A stretch of 63,455 nt of DNA, counting the filler, from Globobulimina sp. (lineage: Eukaryota): NCBI GenBank assembly GCA_003354225.1. It is 13 parts of 13 records of this genome, joined end to end, with 100 filler letters (N's around TTAATTAATTAA, not from the genome) between each part and the next. Parts side by side here need not be neighbours in the genome. Positions count along the whole stretch, not along the records: positions 9,794 to 14,588 come from PIVH01000918.1; positions 14,689 to 19,482 come from PIVH01000919.1; positions 19,583 to 24,373 come from PIVH01000920.1; 10 more parts are not named here. The stretch is one strand, 5' to 3'. Shown piece after piece: positions 9,913-19,952 of this stretch; positions within the stretch are counted from its first letter, which is position 1, and every line of letters begins with the position of its first letter. The position numbers and the translations under genes were made by a program. The notes under the pieces were generated by a model. It had not been told where the DNA came from. It searched no databases and saw only the letters and a list, made by a program, of their open reading frames with translations.

Positions 9913-12427
9913 TTTTGGATGCGTTTTTTTTAGGATTTGGTTCAACATTCCATTCTCTTTATTTTTGTCGGCCCATTGCTTATCCGATTGGGCCACATCT
10001 TTGCTTTCGTGTTGCTTGAAGTTTTTGTTTAGCGACACTTGCAATTCTTTGTCATATTTCTTATGAAAGTCGCTGTTTTCAGCGAATAAGTCTTTGTTCG
10101 CAGCTAAGCCTTTCAATTCCTTCCATAGTGGAGTACCAATGCAACCTTTCACGTTGTTGGCGCATTGGAAATATTCCTTTAACTGCGGAATGGCGACGAT
10201 AACATGGATTAATTGCTTATGAATGTCGAGGTCTATGCATAGTTTTAATTTCTTGAAGTTTACGCACTTTTTGTATTTGGGGAATTTGGTCATTGTTTTG
10301 ATGGCGAATAACGGCGAATATTGCACGGTTTCATCGTCTAATTTGTAGTCAAACTCTAAGAGACCTTTTTGTGCTGCGGATAAAAAGGCGTCTCTGGTTT
10401 TTAATGCAAAGCCTTGCAATTTCTCTTTGATTTTCTCATCTTCGCCGCCCTCCGCGTTTACTTGTTTTAAATCTTTGCTCAACTCGCTTTTGCTCGGTTT
10501 GCTGGCAATTGCTTTTGTGGTTATTTTAGCTGTTTTTTTTGTGTCGACGTCTGCAGCCTTTTTAGTGTCAGTAGCTTTTTTTGCAGGTTTTTCAGCTGTT
10601 TTTTTAGTATTTTTGGGTGCTGTTTTAGCAGAAACAGAAAAAACAAGCTCGTCATCACGTTCTCGCTCTTGATTTCGCAATGTATGCGATAATAAGGAGG
10701 ATAATTTATTTTGATCTCCATATTTGCCGTATACATTTTGATCATAATCCTGTCCTTTTGATAAAATAATATCATCCCAATCTTCATCATTATTAAAATG
10801 CAAAACAATGTCACCAAATTCATCCACATCGCTTAGCATTCTTCTTCTCCTTCGATCCTATACACGGTTGTTGACAAACGTTTATTTGTATACTTAATAA
10901 CAAAAAATGCATAAAAAAACAAAACAAAACAAAACTTGATAATCATCATAGTCATCGTAGCCATTATAGTGTGCAGTAAATTTATTTTTATTTTTGGCAG
11001 CTAGAACTTTCTCGTCATAATAGATATGTTCTTGTTGATGCACAGGAGACATATAATTCTTGTTATTTTGTCGGCTTTCTCTTTCTAGACATTTATATTT
11101 ATGCGAGTCTAACCAGCCTAAGAATTGGCACAAACACAGTCGTCTTCCCCACATATGCATGCATTTCCTGCTCACTTTCTGTCCGCCATCGGTCACAATA
11201 TCATCATCAATCTCATCCCATATTTGCTCATTATCCCATTGATAGTCATACACTGCCGAGACAGCCTCAGATGACACCAACCATTGGCTCCCATCCATTG
11301 ATATCGATGCCGATGCCGAATCAGAGGCAAATGTAAATAATGCATCCTCAAAATTATTCAGTAAACCGCGTGTTGCTGCCTCTGCATTGTCTTCTTGTTC
11401 ATCCTCGTCGTCCTCATCCAATTCCAACGCATCGCCTTGGTATGTCACGTATGCAGAGGCGTAGAATTTATCTATTTCGTTTGTGTTGGCCTTTTGGAAG
11501 AATATTTGTGCGTCGTTGTCATGTGTGATATGCATGCAAATATGCTGATGGATGAAGGGAATGATCTGTGTACATCGGGTGTTGTATCGATGGAGTTGTT
11601 TATTATTGTTGTCATAATCAATGATATCCCAATTCCAATCATTATTGTCGTCCCAATCTAGCTGTAATTCGTCAAATAAATACGTATGGCCTCCAAACTC
11701 ATTCACTCGTTGTTCTGGAATGTATTTATTTATTTATTATGTATGACGCACATGTAATTACTACTAAACTGTGGTGTTTTTGTTGTAATTGTTTGGTTCT
11801 TTCGTGGTTATATCGTATATTATCATCATAGTGTTGGAGAGCGAAATTAGTAAAATCAGCCATTGAGCTTTGTTTTAATAGCTGTTCTATGTCAATTGCA
11901 TCAACATCGTCATCGAGGAGTATATCGTCTTGTTGTTGATAGGAAGAATATGCATTTATAGATTTTTTATGTCTTTTTTTTTTAAGTATTTTAGTATTGA
12001 TTTGAAAATTGTCGCTATACGGATTATATACAGCACATAGTTCAATTAATTGCAATGATTGGCACTTTGATATCGCAGCATAGCCATCAATACCATCTAT
12101 GGAGGAGATAGAATTCCAATCGTTGTCATTATCAAAATTTAAATCAATGTTATTGTAATATGTATTATGTGATGCAAATTGAAAATGAGGCGATTTGGCA
12201 GCGGAAATGGAGCCGGATTTGATGCATAATTTTGTATGTGATGTAGGGAATAATTCTGTATTGCTACAATCCTCTTCGTCCCAATCATTTAGATTGTTCC
12301 AATCAAATCTATGCTCTTCAAAATAGAATGAATAATCTGAGGCTGATCTTGATGAAGTTATTAGAAAACACAAAGCTAAGATCAATATATGCGTCATATG
12401 GAGAGTCTGATCATGCATTACATGCAT
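9794..12427 (-). CDS. Secreted acidic protein with repeated [FL]x[FW]DxxNDW motifs; introns 11715-11769 and 10858-10935
   Basis: Signal peptide HILILALCFLITSSRSA. Three ORFs join in frame through GT-AG introns. The C-terminus continues at 14469-14400 through the terminal repeat. Confidence 0.7.
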
Positions 12428-12561
12428 GGATTAATGTTACAAGTTGACTACCATGCAATGTTTAACAACTTCAACACAAAGCAAGCCAAGTTTTCAAAAA
12501 CTTGAAAATGAATTTAATGAATTACTATAATACTATATTAAATTAACTGTGTACAAAAAGT

Positions 12562-13491
12562 TTAATAGTTTGCAGTGTATCCAACATATGGTACTACAGT
12601 GCCAACTTTATCTAGATTCTCTGTGTCTATCCTTATTCTCCCATATCCACCATCACCACCACCACTACATGCTCCTGGATTGCGGGTATCATCTCCTTTT
12701 GGTGCTCCTTTCCCTCCAATGACAGATATTTTTCCATTATTAATTAATTCCTTACATTTGATATAAATGCTACCACCACTTCCTCCGCCTCCTCCTGATA
12801 CATATTTTCCATTATTAACAGATGGCGCATTCTGTCCATTTGAAGTAATCGACCCACTGTTTTCTATTAACAGTTTGGTGGTTGTTATAAAAATGGTACC
12901 TCCGCCATTACCACCTACTTTACCATCACCAGCTTTATAATATGGATGGCCAGAGCCACCTCCAGAACCTAAAAGCAATTCGGTAAGCTCTTCATCTCCA
13001 TAAATTTCTCCACCTTCTCCTCCCGGTCTATCACCACCACTTAAACGATTTGGTTCTGCCTCACTTCCCACAGTTCCATATCCTCCGCCACCTCCTCCGA
13101 CACTGCCATAACTACCTCCAATCCCACCACCACCACCGCCAATGTTTGCACTTGTCTCCGTTGAACCTTTTGAATTTACAGATTCACCCTGAAAAGCAGT
13201 ACCTTTATCTTCTCTCTTCTTTGCTTCTCCGCCTTTATATCCTTTACCATCAACCTCAATTTTTGCATTTGATTTAATTATTATTTCATATGCTTCCAAT
13301 ACTAATTTGCCGCCGCTGCTTCCATCCCATCCATTTGTTGTTAAGATACCATGTGATTCAATTATTATTTTATCAAATTTATGAATGATATCGGATTCCA
13401 ATATTTTTGTTTCATTTGCTTTAATTATTAAATCTGTGCCAATTTTCTTCCAAACATTTTTTTTTTGATTGAATCTTTTAAAAAAAGACAA
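12562..13491 (-). CDS. Glycine-rich domain protein (start codon uncertain)
   Basis: GKGYKGG, GGGGGYGT.G, YGD..L..LLLGSGGGSG, GGGGGSGGSIYI and GGYGRIRID. The ORF begins at TTG. Confidence 0.75.
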   Translation of the reverse strand: MSFFKRFNQKKNVWKKIGTDLIIKANETKILESDIIHKFDKIIIESHGILTTNGWDGSSGGKLVLEAYEIIIKSNAKIEVDGKGYKGGEAKKREDKGTAFQGESVNSKGSTETSANIGGGGGGIGGSYGSVGGGGGGYGTVGSEAEPNRLSGGDRPGGEGGEIYGDEELTELLLGSGGGSGHPYYKAGDGKVGGNGGGTIFITTTKLLIENSGSITSNGQNAPSVNNGKYVSGGGGGSGGSIYIKCKELINNGKISVIGGKGAPKGDDTRNPGACSGGGDGGYGRIRIDTENLDKVGTVVPYVGYTANY

Positions 13492-13762
13492 AATGCTGTT
13501 CCTAATAATGTTAACAGAATAAAAATCGGTATTCTGTGCATTTTTTGATTGATATTAAATTAAAATATAAGATTCAATTAATTCGAGTTACAGTGTAGTT
13601 AGTTTTTATTAAATTAAATTGTTTGAGCTGGAGCTGGTTTCTGTTATTTATATCCTCTATGAATAGATTGCAGAATTACAGAATTAGACGGATCATAATC
13701 ATAATCATAACAGCTGCAGCTGCATAATAATACGTATACGGCTTATATATAAGTCATGCATT

Positions 13763-13839
13763 TTTTGAGTGGTTTATAAATATTTAATTTTTAACTTTGT
13801 ACGTGGTTTATAAATATTTTGAGTGGTTTATAAATATTT
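13763..13839. repeat. Three copies of 17-mer GTGGTTTATAAATATTT
   Basis: Copies at 13769-13785, 13803-13819 and 13823-13839; two extend to a 23-mer. Confidence 0.85.
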
Positions 13840-14048
13840 GGAGAGTAAATTAATACAAACCCCCTTTGTTCCAAACCTTCCAGTTCGAGATCTCCCAACG
13901 CGATGCATAAAACATTCAGGGTCATAATAATAAACAGCCAAACCAACAGCAGGAATATTAATACCGCGAGCAATTAAATTTGACGCAACCAAACATTGTG
14001 TCTGTCCCTTATTTTATTGTTGCAAATCAGATCGACAAAAATTATCAT

Positions 14049-14170
14049 TGTGCCACCAACCGCAGCCACATAGGGAGATCCCGCTGGATAATTACCAGTT
14101 ACCACCAGCACCACTGTCGCCTGAAGCAAATAGAAAGGACATTCCCGTTGTGCCACATTTGGCAAACTCC
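14049..14170 (-). pseudogene. Sedolisin/tripeptidyl-peptidase I (S53) gene fragment
   Basis: EFAKCGTTGMSFLFASGDSGAGG*, then a frameshift to YPAGSPYVAAVGGT; both are S53 motifs. Confidence 0.85.
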
Positions 14171-14344
14171 ATTAACCTTTTGCGATAGCATGTGTCTCTG
14201 TACAATGATTTGGGGAATTATTCAAATGATTGCAAGGCATCTGCAAGGCATTTTTGGTTGGTAACGAAAAAAGTTATTTAGATCGAAAGATCATATATTA
14301 AACTAAAAAAAGATCATATATATGGAAAGAAAAAAAAATGACTG

Positions 14345-14399
14345 TGACACCAACGGGATTCGAACCCAGACTATAATGCCAAAACCAATTGGCAGTGTC
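14345..14399 (-). tRNA. tRNA-like remnant (55 nt) lacking a D arm, Ser-like acceptor stem; probably a pseudogene
   Basis: GACACTG...TGGTGTC-A acceptor stem, GGGTTCGAATCCC T arm/B box, one internal hairpin GCCAA-TTGGTT-TTGGC, and a T9 run a few nt downstream. Confidence 0.5.
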
Positions 14400-14688
14400 T
14401 TACATATAACAAATGGTATATATATTACCAAAAAAAGCAAAAAAAAAAAAAGATTTCATATTTTGCTGTTCTAAAAAAGTGGTTAATTTCTTGAATAATT
14501 GACTCATTTGTTTATTATTTTGCGTAAAAGACCTTTTCACCGAGGAAACAACGCCTTTTTTCACACTGTCCATGGACTGCATAATGCGNNNNNNNNNNNN
14601 NNNNNNNNNNNNNNNNNNNNNNNNNNNNNNNNTTAATTAATTAANNNNNNNNNNNNNNNNNNNNNNNNNNNNNNNNNNNNNNNNNNNN

Positions 14689-14895
14689 CGGCGGACAGAA
14701 ATCAGAGCGCAAGAAATGGATCAATTGTTTTAACGAAGTGAAGGCGATCATATTTGTGATATCGTTGTCATGTTTCAATGAGATGATGTACGAAGACCTA
14801 AATAAAAACTGTATGGTGGATAGTTTAGAGTTATTCGACTTGACCATCAATAATAAATATTTCACGGATACGCATATCATATTATTCCTCAATAA
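14689..14895 (+). pseudogene. 207-nt partial copy of the G-alpha gene (matches 18064-18270)
   Basis: Identical except four substitutions; ends abruptly after FLN. Confidence 0.9.
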
Positions 14896-15098
14896 TATTT
14901 TATCAAAAAAGCAAAGCAAACGTTGTGAGGTTCTTAATTTTTGTGATGATAGCTCAATGAGAGCATCTTGTTCAAGAAGATTTGGGTCCAAATCCCAATC
15001 ATCACATTTTTATATTTTGTTCCTATCTTATTCCAATCCAATCTGACACATATTTTGATTGGTTCACTCTTGTTACCTTCTTAAATTGAATTTTGTAT

Positions 15099-15140
15099 GC
15101 GAGCGAAGCGAGCCAGGCACGAGCACGAAGTGCGAGTGTC
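15099..15140. repeat. Two adjacent GAA-triloop hairpins with GA/GA mismatches
   Basis: GCGAGC-GAA-GCGAGC (15099-15113) and GGCACGAGCAC-GAA-GTGCGAGTGTC (15116-15140). Confidence 0.75.
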
Positions 15141-15751
15141 CTTCGACGTCAGATGACAAAAACGAGTCTTAAGTAACTAAAAGTTTTTTATAAATACAGT
15201 TTACTTTTTTGAGTCGCCATGGAATGGACATCTGGACATTTGGAGATAATAAACACAATTAGTGCCCGCTATAGATGAAGCATCGTTGTTGCCCCGTCTG
15301 TCGGATCTAATACGTCCATTGGTCAGCTCCTAAAATAGTTCAACAAGATTTAGAGCTCACGTTGTCTATGTTGTGGATATAGTGGCAAGGGCGCTTTTTG
15401 TGGGACATTTGATGCTATTTGGTGTATTTCAGCGTGTGTTTCAAAACAAATGAAATTTATATTAACTTTTTGAATTATAAAATATACAGACAGTCGATTC
15501 GCACAATCAGCTAAATATAGGATCGAAAGAAATATTATTTTTGCTTATAATCCAAATTAAATCTGACAATTAATGCACTAATTCTATAGCTCATAGCTGC
15601 TAATAAATAGTTTTTTTTTTATTTATAAATAGCGCCGAATGTATCAAAATATCTTGGCAATTTGCCTGGAATTAATCGCAGACGATTACTACAATTAATT
15701 GGAAGCGGATAATTTGACATAACTGAGCCGTGCTCCATTGCTAACAAATAA

Positions 15752-17142
15752 TTGATAGCAACAGATGTGAATAACCCAAACGGATCGAAAGTGGCTGAAA
15801 TAAAAGCCACTGCCCCCAATGCAATGCAACAAACAGACGGTGGGCGTCAAATAGCAGACCCATTGGCAGCATTTAGCTCTGTGTTTGGCGGTTTTAGTCG
15901 TCCCGCTGTGCTCGCATTGACTAATCCCGTCCAACAGTCCAATGCTGCATTGCAACAATTGCTATCCGGCGCTGCTAATCCTTATAAATTAAATTGTGGC
16001 TTATCAGGCTCCGCAAACACTATCAATCCCATTTTGATGAATAAAGTGGCCGCTGAATTGCGGAAATCTGCAATGGAGCAACAAACCAAAACTGCTGCTG
16101 CCAAACTGGCCGAAGTTAAAAAGGTACGCAACATACACACATTTACATCATTTACACGCATTGTTTTTGTTAATAGGACAACCTGACAGATAATAAGAGC
16201 GCCGACGATTCATTGTTTTTCACCGTGCATTTGCCCGGAATGAACACACTGACCGCCATTGGCGGCATCCACCCACAAATCACGCGTCCAGCGCGCAGAC
16301 TATATGTCGGAAACTTGCCCGTTGGAATGGGACTGACGGAGCAGATTTTGACTGAGTTCTTCAGTCAATGCTGTAAAGGATTAGGCATTGCCACTGTCAA
16401 TCCGGTGTTGTCTGTGTGGCTGAATAGTGAGCAGACGTTTGGGTTCATTGAGTTTCGATCTGTCCAGGATACGAACCTCGCATTGCAGCTGTTTGACGGC
16501 TTGCAACTCGGTGGCAGACAATTGCGGTTTGGACGGCCGGTGGATTACAAAGAGCCGCCGGATAATTTGAGGAATTATGTGGTTGGGGAGCACGGCGCTG
16601 GCGGTGGCAATGTGGCGCAGAATGCCAATAATATTGAACGGGGGTCGCCCGCTGCAATGTTAGTGTTGCAACAGCAGCAACAGGCCGACGCGTTGCAGAA
16701 TGCGTTGGATTCGCAGCAGCAGGACATGGCAAAGAAGACGTTGAATGTTGCGATATCGACGAAGCAAAAGGCAATGTTGGAGGCAATGATTGACGGCGAT
16801 GTGGAGATGAAGGATGATGGGGAGGTTAATATGGAGAGCAATGTGTTGTTATTGTTGGATATGTTGAGTGAGGATGATATTGGCGACGACGACGAGTATG
16901 CGGATATTTTGGATGATATACAATGTGAATGCGAGAATTATGGCAAGTTATTGGAGGTTGTGGTGCCGAGATGTGGAGAGAAAGGCTGCGGCCGCGTCTT
17001 TTTGAGGTATGCGGATTTAGCGCAAGCAAAGAAATGCAAATCGAAAGTGGATGGCAGGAAGTTTGGCGCAAATATTGTGAAATGTGTGTATTTTGAGGAG
17101 CGATTGTTTAATGCAAAGGAATATGACCATAAACTTGATTGA
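15752..17142 (+). CDS. U2AF large subunit (U2AF65)-like splicing factor; intron 16124-16176; 5' end uncertain
   Basis: RRM ARRLYVGNLP...FGFIEFRS...LRFGRPVDY and C-terminal UHM EYADILDDIQCECENYGKLLEVVVPR...GRVFLRY...DGRKFG. Confidence 0.8.
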
Positions 17143-17285
17143 AAGCAATATGAAACTTCACATTCCAATTGTCATAGATAGCGTTGTCCAAAACCGTCAG
17201 TGAAGTGATCTTGTCCCTAACTGAATTCCCTAAACAATAGGTCACCTAAATTACTTTGCACGGAGGCTAATATTGTCACATTGCA

Positions 17286-18562
17286 ATGGGCACATGTTGT
17301 GCACAAACAATTGATGAACACTCAAAGTACATCAATCAGAAATTAGAGCAAGAGAATAAAAATGACAAAAGAACCAATAAACTCTTATTTCTGGGGCCTG
17401 GCGGTTCGGGCAAATCCACCATATTCAAACAACTCCAATGGTTACATGGTGGTGGCTTCGCTAAAGAAGACGCCTTGATGTTAAAGGAGCACATTTACTG
17501 CCAAATCACCTCGCAGATGAAAGCCGCCATAAAACATTATGTGTTGCCTCCAATCCATAGTCAATCGCATGCACAAAAACCACTAATAAATAATGAAGAT
17601 ATGCTGGGTATGAACCTCAACAACCACAACCATAACGAGCGCAAACACAAAGACCCACCGCCTCTCCGCACCTACGATGTGCAGAAATTGCAAACCGCCA
17701 TATCCATCGTACAAAATCACGGCGACGTCACTATATTCAATAATGAATTGGCGGATTCTATAAAATATATTTGGAAGCATGAGAAAAAAGTAGATAATGC
17801 GTTCCAAGACATGGAAACTGTAAAAAATAAAATCTTGGACGAAACTTCAGAGTATTTTTTCAACGAAATTGATCGAGTCAAGGTGTGTTGCGTTGAGATT
17901 CGATTTCAGAATACGGCAATTATAAAATTCAATATATTTTTTCTATACAGATTGAGGATTATGTGCCAAATGAAACTGATATAATTAATGTGCGCTATCG
18001 AACGACGGGAGTGATTGAGAAGAAATTTGAGATAAATAATGCGCGGTTTCACATCTACGATGTCGGCGGACAGAAATCAGAGCGCAAGAAATGGATCAAT
18101 TGTTTTAACGAAGTGAAGGCGATCATATTTGTGATATCGTTGTCATGTTTCAATGAGATGATGTACGAGGATTTAAATAAAAACTGCATGGTGGATAGTT
18201 TAGAGTTATTCGACTTGACCATCAATAATAAATATTTCACGGATACGCATATCATATTATTCCTCAATAAGCGGGATTTATATCGCAAGAAAATCATTAA
18301 AATACCGATCACGGTCTGCCCCAGTTTTGGTGATTTTGCATTGTATAATGATCCGCAATCTATTCATAGCAATCCCAATGATTATGAGCAAACTTCTTGT
18401 TATATACGATTTAAATTTGAATCATTAAATAGATCTGGAAAAAGGAAGCAAATTTATACGCATTTAACCTGTGCTATGGATAAAAAGAACATTGAAAATG
18501 TATTTAATGACGTCAAACATATTATTATTTCGCAGAATTTGTTCAATGAAGGATTGTCATAA
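17286..18562 (+). CDS. Heterotrimeric G protein alpha subunit; intron 17883-17950
   Basis: MGTCC lipidation motif, LLFLGPGGSGKSTIFKQ, RYRTTG, DVGGQKSERKKW, FLNKRD and TCAMD. Confidence 0.96.
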
Positions 18563-18840
18563 TTTTTAGTTTGTTTTCAATCTTTTTTTTGTTAATTGTT
18601 ATCGAGCAACTCCTCTCATATTATCCTCTCACTTAAATGTTTTTTATTGTTTTTGTTTTTTATCCTTGCACAGGAAAGGAACAATTTCAATCGCTATTAA
18701 ATTTGCATTGGATTTAGGATATGTACAAAGTGCTGACATTTTAGTTTTTGAGCAGAAGGTGACTGTGATATAAAATGACTTTCAATCATAATCTAAATAA
18801 TGAACGAACAAGTTTCAATGTCTGATATTAAGCAATAAAT

Positions 18841-19442
18841 TTATTTAATTTTTTTCTTCATTCTTAATTTATTTGAACGTCCACATTTTTTCTTTCTGCA
18901 ATTATGTGCTTTTAATGGTAAACGAGCATAACATCGACGACAGACCAACTTGTCAGAATTGTATTTTCTGGCTAAAACCATCAAAGATGGCTCAATTGCT
19001 CCACCACGTAATCTCAATGCCAAATGCAATGTTGATTCTGTTTATTGTTATTTTTATATATTTTAAATAATACGCAATTTCGCAAAGTATTAATAATACC
19101 TTTTTGGATGTTGTAAGATGATATCCTTCCATTTTCCAATTCTTTTCCAGCAAATATTAACCTTTGCTCTTCTGTTGCGATGCCTTGTTGGTGTTTCAAT
19201 TTTATTTAATTTTATAATATTATAGGTAATGGTCGCCAATTTAAGAAAAATGATGCACATAAATACCTTCTTTATCTTGAATTTGTGCTTTTACATTGTG
19301 TATGGAGTCAGTTGGTTCGACGTCCAATGTTATTGTTTTGCCTGTTAAAGTCTTAACAAATCTATGTATTTTGTATTTATTTGTCAGCAAATAAATCGCC
19401 ACAAGGTACCACCAAACAATAAACTTACATTTGAATGGCCAT
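18841..19442 (-). CDS. UBA52: Ubiquitin-ribosomal protein L40 fusion with divergent ubiquitin; exons 19429-19442, 19267-19361, 19100-19183, 18841-19037
   Basis: Spliced product [83 protein letters not shown]...CRRCYARLP...CRKKKCG, 129 aa. Confidence 0.93.
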
Positions 19443-19582
19443 GACAACTGTTACGATTTGATCGCAGGTAACAGATATGTTGNNNNNNNNNNNNNNNNNN
19501 NNNNNNNNNNNNNNNNNNNNNNNNNNTTAATTAATTAANNNNNNNNNNNNNNNNNNNNNNNNNNNNNNNNNNNNNNNNNNNN

Positions 19583-19780
19583 TCGGATAGAGAGAGGGAG
19601 GGAAATGGTTAATTTATATCTTTTGATTTTATTGTCTTCATTTGACATAAAAACATTTTTTTCACCAGATTGGATGGAGTGACTGCATAACAGAAACTTG
19701 ATAGATATTGCAATGATAACCAGAGACAATGGTGATAGAATTGCACTCAGAAGAAAGCATAAAAAGAAAGCACTATCCAT
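19583..19780 (-). CDS. 5' fragment of a membrane protein (truncated by contig end)
   Basis: ATG-initiated hydrophobic helix; the frame is open to the contig edge. Confidence 0.3.
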
Positions 19781-19952
19781 AAGATGTATAATTCAGTGTG
19801 CTTATTTGGACTAAATATCTAGTCCATTGGACTAGTTTGACTGTTTGCTTTGCCAGTTGAAGACGTTGAAAAACTGTTTAATCTTTCTTGAAAAATCGTT
19901 TTTGAAACATTTGTGAACCACTCAGTAGAAAGAAGCATTATTTAATAAAGAA

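Noticed and set aside
17-19442. zf-UBP-ARH and the divergent ubiquitin as a linked system
   Set aside because: They are on different contigs, and nothing in the sequence links them physically or functionally.
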